NCBI RefSeq assembly: GCF_009914755.1
Contig: NC_060944.1
Strand: one strand, 5' to 3'
Source: the human T2T-CHM13v2.0 reference genome, Homo sapiens
DNA length: 64,000 nucleotides
Every line of letters begins with the position of its first letter. Position 1 is the stretch's first letter. This document shows positions 1 through 14,948 of this stretch, piece after piece. Position numbers and translations under genes: made by a program. The notes beneath the pieces were generated by a model, which ran no database searches, was not told the origin of the DNA, and saw only the letters and a list, made by a program, of their open reading frames with translations.

Positions 1-979
1 GGCTTCCTGCTTCCAGCACCACCCACCCCTGGGACACCCACTGGGAGGATGAACTGGGTGGCACAGGTGACAGGCCTCACCTTGACCAGGACAGCCACCT
101 GTCAGTCATTTGCTGCTTTGTGCAGGAGACCCCAAGAGACTGAGAGAAAAGAGAAATGGTCACAGTGGGAGGGTCCTTCTGCTGCCCAAATAAGCTCAGA
201 GAACCAAAGGCCTCAGCACCCCACCACCACCTGGGTGACAAGGCCAGAGGCAGGGGCTGCATCCGGGTCCTGCCCACTGGGGGGTGACAACCGGGCTGCC
301 CCTCCTCCCCCACCAAAGCTGAAGGAAGTGGACCCTCCACAGGGATCCAGACCAGATCCCCTGCTGGCACTGATCCTACATCTGCATCACTGCTCCAACC
401 CCCACTGCCTGTGCCACCAACCGTGACAGTGGCCACTTGGCAGGTGAAACTAAGTCTCAGGGCTTTCAGCTTGGTTCTGTCACTAGCTGTGGTTATATGT
501 TGAGGAGACAGCACCTAACTCCTGGGGCTGCTGCTGGGATTCAGGGCCCCGACTGTGCATGCTCCAGCACACTGAGCTTCATTGGGGCCATTCTGTCCTC
601 ACAGGAGGGGCTGTTTGCTGACACTGGGCATGTATTTTATTGTATCAGAATTAAGACTCTCTAAATGCCCCCTAAGAAATTACTTGGAAAGTTGGCAAAA
701 TGAAAAAAATAAGAGAATAATAATAGCTACAGAAAAATGGAAAACATTTTCCTTGCACTAAAGCTAGGAGCATAAGACACTGAGAATCTGAAGGAGACTA
801 GGTAACACCAAAACAGTTACAGCATCCCAAGGCCATATTAGTGGATAAGTTCTTATTTCAGAGACAAAATCGGGCACACACTTCCCATTAACACAAAACC
901 AACCTCACCTCCTCACTAATGCAGAGTGGGCAATTCCAGATGTCCACGTGCTTGTGGGCTGTGGGTGGCTTTCCTTGCA

Positions 980-1099
980 TCTCAGCTGGCAGATGGCCTA
1001 TTGCGGAACTTTATGATCATGTGATTTAATACTTAATAAACTCATATATATATATATCTTCTATTTGTTCTGTCCCTCTAGAGAACCCTAACTAATACA
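980..1099 (+). mobile_element. MLT2A-like ERVL LTR, 3' fragment
   Basis: Characteristic LTR end: cttaataaactc(at)n...ttctgtccctctagagaaccctaactaataca. Confidence 0.75.
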
Positions 1100-1740
1100 G
1101 ACACCAAAGGAAATGTTCAAGAAAAAGAAAACAGAAAGGGGTCGGGGGTGGGGAGCGTAGAATTCAGACACTTCCAGAGGCTCCACAATTGTCTCTGAGG
1201 ATCTCTAAGAAGCCTGTCTGCTCTCTAGGAAGTCAGCCCGCTCCCCGCCAAACCTGCACTCTCTCCCAGGTTCTGGTCTGGCTGCATAAGATCCTCAGGC
1301 AAGGGTGGCCCCAGAGGGCTAGTGGCTCTCCTGAGCTCTTCCCACAGGAATCCCCGCTCTGCAGACAGGACACAGTGGCTTTCTCATGGGTGACATGGAA
1401 TTATGAGCCCAAGCATGCCAGTGACATCCCTGCTCATGGAGCTGTAGCCCTGTTGCGGGCCACAGGGCACTGCCTCCCATGGGACCTTGAGTGGGCTGGG
1501 TGCTACCTTCAGAGGGTCTGGAGGATCCAGCACAGAAGCCCAGCCAGGGATGACTGACACCTGGCCCTGGCCCCTGGCTCAGAAACCCTCCAACCATGCC
1601 ACCATCCAGACAAGGCCAAGTCTAGAAATGATCTCCTGATTACAACTGGATTATATTCCTGGTTTCTTCTATTGTTGTTAAGAACATCTGTTTAATGTAA
1701 ACCATAATTTTTGAACCTGATTTTGACATTAAAAAAAATT

Positions 1741-2037
<297 letters not shown>

Positions 2038-3278
2038 TATATATATATAGGAGAAATAACAAAAAAGGAAGTGGCCTCTTTCATTACCAGAGGTGAGGCA
2101 GACACACAGAGCCTTTGCCTTACTTTGCAGCCCTCTGCAGCATCTGGCACTGGGTTCAAGGCACACTGTTGGAGCTCACATTGGTGTCAGGCACACATTC
2201 AAGCTAGAAATGTCCCTCTGGCAAGGCTTATCTTTTAATAATACAAATCCACAATGCAGGTGGGGCTGCAGGGCAGGCACTCTTTCCCTTGTAGTCAGGG
2301 GACTAAGTTGGGAAGGTGTTTCCTATAGCCCAGCAGTATGTATCAAAAGCTTTAAAAAGATTTGCACCCTTCAGGCCAGTAATTCCACATTGGCAAATCT
2401 ATTTTAAGGCAAAAAGCACAAAGGCACCCAAAGATTTATGTTAATGTGGTTCCTCCCATGGTTATTTAAAATAGCAAAAATTAGGAACACCACACATCTC
2501 TAGCCAGTAAGGGTCAGGTAACCAGGAAATGATGTGCTCATGTGATGGAGTATTACACAGCCATTCAACAATGAGTTGTACAAGTTTTCGAGTTTAGAAC
2601 TTTACAGTCTAGGCAGACACTAAAAACTACAGCCCTTTTTTCCATGGTACTAGGCAGCGGCCACGTTCTTCTTTCCGTTATACTTTTCTGTGCTTTCCTA
2701 AATCACAGAAAATGAGCATGTGTTCCTTTTATAACAAGCAACAAAAGTCCTGCTTTATTTTTAAAACCAGAATGGCCCCCAACAGCTCCCTTCCCTGCTC
2801 ATCTCTTCCTGGCTTTCCTGTGTCCTGGTCCCCTGCAGAGAAGGCCTCCTGAGCCATCAACCCTGGAAGGAGGCTGAGGATCCCTGTCTCCGGACCAGCA
2901 GGCAGATGGATTCCTGGTGTTTGGAGTCCCCCAGGTGTCTCACAAGGAACCTGTGGAGAGAGGGGAAGAGGCCAAGTGTTAAGGGGCTAACAGGATGGCA
3001 AAAAAGGCCTCCCAGCACAACACATGGGGCATCACCTGAAGCCTGTGACACCCAGTGCACGCAGAAACCCTGGGCTGTGATTGCCACCAACAACTGTGTG
3101 ACAACAAGATGTACACAACTTCAGTGAGTCTCAGACTCCTTCTCTGCAGAGAGTGGATCATCATATCCAGTAGAAGATCAACGACTAAAATACTGGAGGA
3201 GTTGTATGTACCATGCCTACTACTGTGCCTGGTACATAGCTGGTGCCTGTAAGGATAGTTTACTACTTGTCATAGTTA

Positions 3279-3667
3279 TCATCACCATCACCATCGTCAT
3301 CACCATCACTGCCACCATCATCATCACCATCACCATCATCACTATCATCATCACCATTACCATCATCAATCACTATCACCATCATAATCACCATCATCAT
3401 CATCACCATCACTGCCATCATCACCACCAACATCACCATCGCCATTTCTATCACCATCATCACCATAACCATTTGTATCACCATCATCACCATCACCATC
3501 ATCATCACTATCACCATCACCACTACTATCATCACTATCACAATCATTATTACCATCACCATTATCACTGTCATCATTGCCATCATCATCACTATCACCA
3601 TCACCACCATCATCATTACCATCACAATCACTACCATTACCATCATCATCCTCACCACCATCATCAT
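3279..3667. repeat. Degenerate (CAT/CAC)n simple repeat
   Basis: ~390 bp of catcac/caccat/cattac triplets. Confidence 0.95.
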
Positions 3668-4471
3668 TTTTTTCTGCTGGGCTGGTGGACCATGACCCTA
3701 GCTTTCATTTCTGGCAGGGAGTAGCTGAGAAAGCACGAAACTCCACAGAAAACAGAGAATCTGCGTGGAAAGAATGTTGACATCTCTTCTCTCTTCCCAA
3801 GTGTACCATGTCCACACCTCCAGGAGCATGAGCTGAGTGGACCCCAGCTCAGCCCCTTCCTGTCTTTAAAGAGAGGTTGGAGGGGCTGGGCAGCCTCTGT
3901 CCAGCTGGGCTGTGCCCCCATGTCACCCAAAGTTTCTTCTTCCCTAGCCATGATGCCTTCATTTGCACCTTCCCTGTGCTTCTCTTCAGCAGGAAGGGCA
4001 GCCAGAGGGAACAGAAGCTAGCTGGGACCCTCCATGTCTGCCCCGGGGACACTGCTCCAGGAATCTGGAAAATGCCCTGCTGCTGGGAGAGGAAGTGAGG
4101 TCCACCCTGTGCTGCTTAAAGAGCCTGTGCTGCTTAAACTTCTCAATTTGTCACGAAATCCACAAAACAAGTGGGTGATGACCCTGTAAGCCAATGTCAC
4201 TCACTCTAGAGGGATGTGGCCAAGGTCTGAGGTAGAGGGCAAGCCCTGACACCATGTGCCTCTCCCCTCAGCAGCCTTGGGGCAGGTAACTCAGTGCCTT
4301 CCTTCATCCAGAAAGGGGACAAGGAACCACCTACTCCACAGGAACTTGTGAGGATGAAACAGCAAGAAAGGGATGTGTAGAGGCAAAAGCACCAGGTCCA
4401 CCCAGCAGCCAGGAGGAGAGGGACCAGCCCAGGAGCTGACAACCCATAGAGATTTCTGGTCTGAAAATGTG

Positions 4472-4790
4472 GGCCAGGTGCGGTGGCTCTTGCCTGTAAT
4501 CTTAGTGCTTTGGGATGCTGAGGTGATATCCTTGTTTTTTGAGCCTAGGAGTTTGAAGCCAGCCTGGGTAACACAGTAAGACCCTGTATCTATAAAAAGT
4601 ACAAAAATTAGCCAAGAATGGTAGCACATGCCTGTAATCCCAGCTACTCAGGAGGCTGAGGCAGGAGGTTCGAGGATTTCCTCGCTTAAGCCTTGGTGTT
4701 CGAGGCTGCAGTAGCTATGATTGCTCTACTGCACTCCAGTCTGGGAGATAGGGTGAGACCCTGTCTCAAGGGAAAAAAAAAAAAAAGAAA
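4472..4790 (+). mobile_element. AluJ-like element
   Basis: Dimeric Alu with J-type segments (ttgagcctaggagtttgaag; gaggctgcagtagctatgattg) and A tail. Confidence 0.9.
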
Positions 4791-6510
4791 ATCAGAACCT
4801 CAATCCCCACTGGCACCTACTGAGTCAGAAACTGTTCCTAAGGACAAGCCAGGCCTGGGTGCCACCGCAGCACAGCCTGTTTCAGGGCCCTTGGCCAACC
4901 CTAAGTACCCTGTCACTAATTACCCAGGGTTCCCCATGACCCATCAGGGCTATAACTTCTGTTACAGGGGCCACAGAATCCCATCTAGAGGAGCAGCCCA
5001 AATGTGTGACTCAAGTCCCAGAGCTGCCTTCTTGCAGGCCTCTTTGCATGCAGCCATGGAGTCTGTGCTGAGGTGCTGGCTTTGACTCGCTTCTCCGGGA
5101 ATTCACTTCTTAACTGCATTTCTAGAATATATTTGCTCAAAGAAAACCCCAAGCATGACCGATGGGAATCACATATGGAGCAGAGCCACCTGAACTGTGG
5201 AGGTAAGTCACTTATCCTTCACGAGCCCTGGTTACTCAGCTCTCAGGCAAAGTGCTTTGCCAGGCACATCTCAATAGCCCCAGACAGCTAATGCTCTGTG
5301 ACCAGGAAGCCTAAGGGCCTGGCACCAGCTGTGCCTGCTTATAGATGAAGTGGGGAAGCCCTGGAGTTCCCATTGGCTCCATCATTCCACGGGAAAGATG
5401 CAATTAAAGTCCCCCATCTGTGAGCAAACAAGAGCATGTCAGGGCTGGCTATGGCATGGGCCTCAGAGGAGAACTGGCCCTCCTCACAAGCCCACAGAGA
5501 CACTGGTGGGTGGGGGACACCCCTCCCAGTGCCCTGCAAGAGTGTGCTGCAGTCAACGTTGTAGGTACAAACATCAAAACAATTCAGGACAATACCATAA
5601 CTGCCCATTATTCTGAAAAACATCAAGACCCAAAATAAATGCTTGCTTGCAAATGAGTCATACGTACCTAAGGGAAACCTCCATCTACTTCTGAAATGCA
5701 CATGAAGGATGTAGTAAGCAATATGAAAATTCATTTTCCAAATCACAAAATGAAAATGTTATCTGTCTGACTAGTGATTTAACTTTAAGTAAACAGTTTA
5801 TATAAAAGGCCACACAAACTGCTTTTTACCATATGAGAAGCTGTGCAACATCACTTGTAGTAAGAAATGGAACCTACAACTGCAATAAGATTTCTCACCT
5901 ATCCGGCTGGCGAAGGTCAAAAGTCTGGGGTGTGCCTGACATGTTCCTGCTGATATAGACCAACAAGCATTCTCTCATATTCTTGGCAAAAACACACATT
6001 AGTAAAAACTTCTTCAGTAGGAGCTGTTGGTATTTTAGACACAGACCCTGTTACATGTCCTCTCCCCACAGATACGTGGATCATGTGTATTCACTGCAGC
6101 AGCAATAGATTCAAGTCAAGATAAGTGTCCATTCTTGGGAGACTGAGAGGAATATTCTGGAGTGCCCACAAGGACAAATCCTGTATTTGCTGATCTGGAA
6201 CAATTTCCAAGATGTATACTGTTCAGCAAAGAGCACAAGTTTGTAGAAGAGTATAGAGATACATCTTTTTTTGTGTGTGGAAGATTGAAGGAAATCCATA
6301 AATATGCCCTGTCTGTAATCAGAATGTTCTGGAAAGACACACAGGTCCCCGATTCCAGTGGCCATCTCTGGAGAGGCCACACTTTGGTGGCTGTGCTCAG
6401 CAGGGATAGAGGGCAGGCTTCTCATTGGAGACAAATTTTTGACTATTCAGTATTTTCCTATGTATATATATTGCTACCCATCAAGAAGTGTAAAGAATAT
6501 TTTTAATCCT

Positions 6511-6808
6511 GGCGAGGCACAGCCGCTCATGCCTGTAATCCCAGCACTTTGGGAAGCCGAGACTGGAAGATGGCTTGAGTCCAGGAGTTCAGGACCAGCC
6601 TGGGCAAAAATGCAAGACTCCATTTCTTCAAAAAATAAAAATAAAAAAACAGCCAGGCATGGTAGCCTATGCCTATAGTCCTAGCTACTCTGGAGGCTGA
6701 GGTGGGAGGGTTACTTGAGCTCAGGAGTTCAAAGCTACATTAAGCTATGACCACAACAGTGCACTCCATCCTGAGTGAGAGAGCAAGACCCTCTATTAAA
6801 AAATAAAA
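6511..6808 (+). mobile_element. AluJ-like element
   Basis: Dimeric Alu; diverged flanking duplication aagaatattttt / aagggatattttt. Confidence 0.9.
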
Positions 6809-7286
6809 GGGATATTTTTACCTTTTACCTCCTTTGCTAAGTATAATCTTAAGTTTAATCCAGAAAGACCCTCTGCCACAGAGAAAGCAGAGGTCTAGAG
6901 AACAGCATGAAGACAATAAGAGACTTGAGACTCACTTCTCCTTTGTCTTCAGGCCACAGAAAGCCAAAAGCATCTGAACATCTTCTTGGAGGCATTTTCC
7001 TAAAAGAGAGCTATTGAAACTTGAAGAAAAATGTGAATCGAGAAACTAAATTTAAAGATACATTATTTTCTCCAACCCTTCCTCACAAATTAACCACAGA
7101 ATGAGTCTAGTGAGATAAAACATACCATTTACACAAAATACGGAAGTGATATGGTCTTTATGTGAGCAGAAATATGTTCAAATTTTACTCCTTAAATGTA
7201 TTTTCTTTTACTACTAGAAATAGTAATTTTCACTTGATCATTACTTTATTTTATAATTATCTCAATTTAAATTTGTGTTAGCCTGC

Positions 7287-7789
7287 TCCTGGGTATCTAC
7301 CTAAAGGGAAAGAAGTCATATGAAAAAGATGCTTGTACACACATTTATAGCAGCACAATTTGCGGTTGTAAAAATATGGAACCAGGTTAAGTGTCTATCA
7401 GCCAATGAGTGGACAAAGAAAATGTGGTATGTATACAGCATGGAATACTACTGAGCCCTAAAAAGGAACCAAATAATGGCATTTGCAGCAACCTAGATGG
7501 AGTTAGAGATGATTATTCTAAGTGAAGTAACTCAGGAATACAAAAAAACAAATATTGTGCATTCTCGCTTATAAGTGGGAGCTAAGCTATGAGGCTGTAA
7601 AGCATAAGAATGATATAATGGACTTTGGGGACTTGGAGGGAAGGTTGTGGGGGTGAGGAATAAAAGACTACACATTGGGTACAGTGTACATGACTCGAGT
7701 AATGGGTAAACCAAAATCTCAGAAATTACCACTAAATAACTTTTCCATGTAACCAGAAACCACCTGTTTCCCAAAAACTATTGAAATAA
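7287..7789 (+). mobile_element. L1PB-type LINE-1 3' end
   Basis: ggtgaggaataaaagactacacattgggtacagtgtac...aaatctcagaaattaccactaa...aaaaactattgaaataa is the L1PB 3'UTR pattern. Confidence 0.85.
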
Positions 7790-7794
7790 GGTAA

Positions 7795-8540
<746 letters not shown>

Positions 8541-10008
8541 AAAATCATCATTAATTTTTTCACCATACTGAACATGTAAGGAGGACATACTGGAAGGGAG
8601 CTCAACGAGTTAACATTCATGAGAACACCTTTCTGGAACTCTCATATCTTACAGAAGTGTGAAAAGAAACCCTGTGAAAGTAAAGTCTATGGAAAGCCTT
8701 TCATATTCATTCACCTTGAGTAGATATTTGTTCTCACACTGGAGCAAAACTATGAAAGTAAGGAATATGATAAAAAAAAGACTCATTATTACCTCAGACT
8801 CATAGTTCATACAAGAAGTCACACTGCAGAGACTTCTTCTGGAAGTAAAAAATGAAGAAAAGACCTCTTTAAACACGTATCCCTCCTGTTACACATGATT
8901 CCACACCCTGGAGGGAGACTACAATTGGAATAAATAAAGAAAGCTTTCAGTTCCAACTCCTCACTTATTGGGCATTAATGAGCACAGTATAGGACTGAAG
9001 CACTGTAAATGTGAACAATTGCTGCCATGCCATTATCATTGTCTTATCCCTCAATTAGAACTCAGATTCAGAAAATCTGTTTGGAAATGGGACAGTTATT
9101 GTTCCTCTTTTCTCTTAACCAAGTTCCCCTTGCTCTCTATGCTTGCTGCTCTCTGGAAATAGGATGAAATGCCCTGAGTCGGGTTTAGCACCTTGAAGAC
9201 CATTGGACTGAAGGTCCCAATAACAAAACCTTCAAATTACAAAATTTCTCACTTCCCAATGGCATGTTGGGTATCCATGGCTGCCCTGGACTATTTCTGG
9301 ACTTACTTCATGCAATTAACCCCTTGTAGAATTAAGAAACATTTTAGGAGAGATGTTTATAAGAGATTAAATGATAAACCTAAAAAATGAATAAAACATA
9401 CTATAAAAATAAAGAGAACAAACCAAATGGGCTTGCAGATTCTGACTGGCCACATTCGTCCTTGATGCTTGTCCCCATGGATGCCTCACCTACTGTGACA
9501 CTTGGAGGGCTTGCAGCCATCACTCAAGGAATCAGAACACATTGGCCTCTACTGCAGCATCAGGGAACAAAGCAAAAACAGCCTCTCAGCTCTCAAGAGA
9601 CACACTTATGTGTATAAACATATGTTATATAAATTTATCCAGTGACTTTGAGATGTCTTACACTAAATGGATAAAATTAATTAAAACTAGTGCAAATTTC
9701 TGGCAACAGCACTCCAACTCCCCATTGTTTATCCAGGGCATTGAAAATTGGCACACATCACAGATCCTTAAGTCATTCTCTGAATCAGCAGGAGAAAAGA
9801 GGAGAACAGAGGGAGCTCACTGTATGTGCCAGGCACTGGGCTGACAGCTGTGCCTACATCATCCCACTTGATGCTTGCCGTAACCCTGCAAGATAAAAGT
9901 AAAGTAAAAACACACACACACAAACTCACACATATACGCACATGCTCAAGCACACACTAGAAACTACAGAACAAAGAAAGCATTGGCAACTAATAGAAGT
10001 ATAGTGCT

Positions 10009-10105
10009 GGCCAAGCACAGTGGCTCATGCCTATAATCTCACCACTTTAGGCCAGGAGTTCAAGACAAGCCTGGGCAACATAGCAAGACACCATCTCTAC
10101 AACAC
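10009..10105 (+). mobile_element. Alu monomer (FLAM/AluJ left arm) with internal deletion
   Basis: ggccaagcacagtggctcatgcctataatc...ggccaggagttcaagacaagcctgggcaacatagcaagac. Confidence 0.8.
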
Positions 10106-10329
10106 ATTTTCTAAGATAGAAATTATTTTTAGAAAGATATAATGCCTAAGGGCTCAGGGAAGCAATACCTTTATGACTGTATGGTAAGCATCAGGCAAGG
10201 CTGCTTATCAGACCAAAGTGGTAGTGATTCCAGGGTTCTTTTGCACACTTAGCTAGGAACCTGGTTCACTTTACCCTTTCTACAGCTCTAAAGCTCTGGC
10301 AGGTGGGACCTAAGCATAAGAGAAAGTGA

Positions 10330-10780
10330 TATTATGCAGAACTCTCTTGACTTCAAGTGAGTCCTTGACTCACTTAACCTAACCCGATCCAGCAGAACAT
10401 TGAATTATTTGTCTATCACAACTAAAAATATCCAGGAGTAGATGGCTTCTGGCTCAGTGGGATCAGGGGTCAACTAATTTCAACCAAGACTCATTCCGTC
10501 CCTTCATTTCCTGGGCCAGCTCTGCTTTTCAGAGAGGCTATTTTGAGAGAGCAGCAAAAATGGCCCCATATATTTCTTATCACTTACTTCCTTGCAAGTA
10601 GCTATTCCAATAAAAAGAAAGCACCCTATTCAAGGCCGTTTCATCAAAAGTGCAGGGATGGCTTCCATGAGCCCAGCTTGGATCACATGCCCATCCCTGA
10701 ATGAATTATCCTGCTGATCTGATTGCCGAGGGTAGGTCAGCCCTTCCCAAAGCACATGGACTAGAAATGGAATAGTGGTC
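10330..10780 (-). mobile_element. Old MaLR (MLT1-type) LTR
   Basis: Diverged motifs such as ggatcacatgcccatccctgaa and cacaactaaaaatatccagg; subfamily uncertain. Confidence 0.45.
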
Positions 10781-11314
10781 CTCCCATGAAAAAAAAAAAA
10801 AAAAAAAAGAAAGAAAGACAGCATAGTGGGAAAGGAATATGGATGGGATGGTCTCATCTCTATATAAAAAGTATGACCGTATTGGTGGTCTTTTGCACAC
10901 TCATTTATATAGTCACTGGGAAAAAAATTGAGAAAAACTCACACATGAGTTTCTATATGCCTCTGTGCTTTGTTTTCAACACCAAGCTGTGATAAATTTA
11001 ATTATTAAAACAAAACTTTGAAAAGAAATAACAATTTGGACAATGGGGACACTTAGCTGATGCAGCACAGGTGAGCAGTTCTTCTTTTGTGCCCAGGAAG
11101 ACACAATTCCCAGGAGCCCACCTGTGGTCTCCTAAGACAAGCATGCAGACTGCCCACAGGCTGCAGTTCCACCTTTCCTTTCCTGGACTCTTAGGAATAA
11201 ACAAGTTCTGAATTCAGCTGACCTGAGTTCAAATTCAGGCTCTCTGACTCACTGGGTAAGTCTCTTGCTCTCCTTGAGTCCCATATCCTCCTTGGAAAAA
11301 TGGAGGGGTAGAGT

Positions 11315-11704
11315 TGTTACGTTTTGAAGGCAAGGCGAGGGTTAAAGAAAGACAGAGAGAGACAGTTGGCGGCTTCAACAGCAACACTTTTATTGCCAAC
11401 AAAACCCTGAGGAGGGGTGAACCAGCTTAGTGCCAGCGCCAACTGCCACTCACAGGCTGAGGTAATCATGGGATGGGAGGGAGGGGTCTGGGTGGTAGAG
11501 CTTGCTGCCCAGCAGGAAACGGCAAGGATGTCCCTGCAGTCAGGCTGTTGGACCTTTGCCTGGGAGGATGCGATAAGGATGTTCCTGCAGTCATGTGGTT
11601 AGGAAGGATGTTTCTCACAGCCCGAGTTCCCATGGAATGTTTCACTGTGACCAGGGTCTGCAAAATGGCTGGGGGTTTACAAAATGGTACAGGTTAGGCT
11701 AACA
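11315..11704 (-). mobile_element. Solo ERVL LTR (LTR32-like), apparently inserted into a MIR
   Basis: TG...CA termini. Minus strand reads tgttagcctaacctgtaccattttgtaa...gcagaccctggtcacagtgaaacatt, with AATAAA at 11394-11389. Confidence 0.7.
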
Positions 11705-13886
11705 GTAACATCTCCCAGGTAAACAGTTCTTCAAAGTAAACTTCCCCTTAGCATTTACACTGTAGTAGTAGACATGGTGCCAGGACCCAGGCCACAGGAC
11801 GAACAGGACAGATGAGGCCCCTGCCATCCTAGTGTTCATGTCTGATGAAGGAAGCTAACAGGTCATAAGACCAAATCAGATGGTGGTGGTAATCAAAGAC
11901 ATTACCAGAGTGAGAAGAACTAGAAACAAACTGAGGAAGCTGTTCCAAACACAGTGAAAGGGAGAGACCCCTCGAAGAGGTGACTTTTGAGCAGAAACCT
12001 GAAAGATGTGGAGGAGGCAATGGAGAAGGACCAGCCCCTGGAGCCATCCCAGCAGTAAAGACCCAGCACCAGGTGGGCAATTGAATGTCCTGACCTGTGT
12101 GTCCTTCATGCTTCCTTCCTCAGTGGTGCACAAAGGGAAACATGGGGTAATTTCACGCAGGGTCCATGGAGGAATCAAGAAGCAGCTGCGCTGCAGAGCT
12201 GGGGTGGGGATGAAATCTGGCCCAACAGTGAAGCTAGAAGCAGGTGCATGAAGCATAACCAGCCCCTGAAGTCACATCCATGGCCAGACCAGCTGGCCGG
12301 GCTGCCAACATCTTAGTAGAGATCCCTGGAAATCAGATGAGCTGGTTAGGGGGGTAATAAAAAAGCTGGAAAGCTTCAGAAAATTCCAGAGGACACATGA
12401 CACTTAGCATGAACTTTCCCCGAGTGGGATCTGTTTGGCATTGCTGGTTCTAAAGAGTCGGTACCACCACTCCCACCTGCCCATTACCCCACCAGGGAAA
12501 CACTCAGGGTACAGTCCACAGAAACAATCCCTGTGGAATTGAAAAGGGTGTTTCTCATCCCAAACCAAGGGAGGGGACCCAGAAAACCACTCATAAAGAG
12601 CAGAGGGGCCTGCTGGGAGAGACAGGGTTCTGCTGCTCATTTGGGTATCTGCTTCCCAGCGGGAAAGGGGACCATGCAGGATAGAGCGGCTAAGGGGAAC
12701 CTGGGCTGTCGGGCCAGGAGAGCCGGTGCTGACTCACTGTTGGAGGTGAGCCACAATAGGAGGCTTAGAAACCCTCCCGGCAGCCTCTCCAGTCTAATAA
12801 GGGGATGGTAGTGTTGGTCAGTAGGGGCATCCAGACGCAGTCAAAGGGCAAGAGAGTGATGTCTCCTCTGGCCTCCCCTTTCAGCTGCAGATTCTCCCTA
12901 TGAGTTCCTGAGAAAGCTTCTCTATGGCTCCACAAGACTGGGGGGTGGTGACAGTTCCCAGATGACCCTAACCCCAGGGCCTTGTGCCATCCCTCCTCGT
13001 TCCCCCTGACCCTGCCCACGCCGTTGTAAACAGCTCCTTCTTAATGGCCCGTCAGCTGATGAGAGTTTCCTGCCAGCACCTGACTGCCACACTGCTTTGC
13101 CAAAGGGACCAGGCTCCTCGGCACAGGAGCTGAGGTTCTACAGGCACAGAGAAAACACTGTCTGAACGTTGGAATGGAGTCGGGAGCGGAAAAAAGAATG
13201 TTTGTTCTCAATGCTTACACTTACCAATTGTTTCCTTTTATCACATGAAGACTGTGTGTCATTTTGAAGTAGAATTAGTAATCTACATAATTACAAATTA
13301 TGTTCTTAAAATAAACTGCTCAGTGCCATGCTTGACACAAGGTGGAACTCCATTATGAGATGTGTGAGAAACCAGGGTGCCATGGTTACAGACAAGGACA
13401 CTAGGTGCAGACTGCTTGCTTCAAACCTGGACAAGCAGTACGAATTTTGGCAACTCTCTTGTATTGCTCTTTGCCCCAGTTTTTTTCACCTAAAAACTAA
13501 AAGTAAAAACAAGGTTATTGTGAAAATTAAATGAATTAAAGTAAGCAAAGTACCTACAACAACACCCCGAGGCACAGTCAGCCCTGAGCATGTTTTTCAT
13601 TATTACTCTTAATGAGGTAAGAATGAGAACACAGGCACCAACCATGAGCCTCTGGCACAGGCATCAGAGACCAAATTTTTAACAGCCTCCATTCATTCAT
13701 TTGACCCTGATAAGAGAGAAGTCTCATGCCAGAGGAGCAAGCATCCACCTTGGGACCAGACAGCCTATGGTCAAAGTTGAACTCCACCACTGTTCAGCTG
13801 TGTGACTTTGGGCAAGTGACTTTCCCTCTCTGATCCTCAGCACAATCACAGGTCTATGAGGATTGTAGGAGCTGACTGAAAAATGT

Positions 13887-14360
13887 GTGTCTTAGTTTGA
13901 GTTTCCTGGAAGTAGATCCAGAGGAAAAGATTCAGATACAAAAATTTTGTTTGGAGATGACTCTCGGACAGTAATTCTACTGCCAGTTCTTCCTTAGGGT
14001 GGTAATCCCAGGAAACACCAGAAGAGGAGTGGGGAACTGAGACAGGAAAGGAATGCAGCAGTTAAAGGGACCTTCATCAGGAAAGTTTCCACTGTGGCAG
14101 CCAAGACTCAGCCCTGCCAGGTACTTCTGAGAGACAGCACAGAACATGTATCTCAGAGTCATCCCACCAAAAGCAAGGGAGCTGGGATATTTATCCACCA
14201 ATACCCACCAGTCACTCCTCAGGGCTCCTTCCAAAGACATGATTCCTCCTGAACGCCCTGCCTGCACTGCAAGGGTTAGACCTTGGGTTGAGGGCAGGGG
14301 AGCTGACAACACCTCCAGCAATGAGCAGGAACACAGGCTGGTGTGGACTGTTTCAGTCAC
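13887..14360 (-). mobile_element. LTR16-like ERVL LTR, preceded by MIR fragments (13400-13880)
   Basis: tgtgtcttagtttgagtttcctggaag...ggtaatcccaggaaacaccag...ggggaactgagacagg motif set. Confidence 0.55.
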
Positions 14361-14948
14361 TCAGTGACTCCAACACACACACACACACACCCCACACTCC
14401 AACACCAATACAGGGCATATGTACATACACATACATGCATACATGACTGTTACCTGCTTCAATCCTGGTGAATCCATGGGATCGATGATAAGGTGGGAAT
14501 CAGAGGGAAGAGCAAAATAAAGGGGAGTGAAGGTCTTAGGAACAAAATGCAAATATAGGCAGAAAATCAAGGGGGAAGAGGAGTGGTCTGGACACCAAAT
14601 GCTGGCTGGGTGCCACCTGCTCTACATTCACTGTCAGGCATTCCCCAAGCAGCTTTGTGAGGTAGAAGAAATTCCCCTCAATTTACAGGTGGCAGAAATG
14701 TAGTTCAGAAAAGAAAACTGATTTTATTAATGTCTTACAGAGTTAGTGGGTGATAGATATGTTTCTGTCCACAAAGCCTACAAATTTTCCTCATTATGCA
14801 GGCTGGGTACCAGGCCTTGCTTCTGGGCTCTGCTACTTTTCCTGCTAGGCAATCATGGCAGAATTGACAAAAACATTTTCCCCCTTCACCACCTGGAGCA
14901 GAGCCAATGAGAAGGGCTGGAGAACAGGCCATGAGGCCCTGCACTCAC

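Noticed and set aside
3206-3724. 172-aa His-rich ORF and the Met/Val-rich antisense ORF
   Set aside because: By-products of the (CAT)n simple repeat; no gene context.
12230-13090. Possible old ERVL-type LTR
   Set aside because: Looks LTR-like, but family and ends could not be supported by eye.
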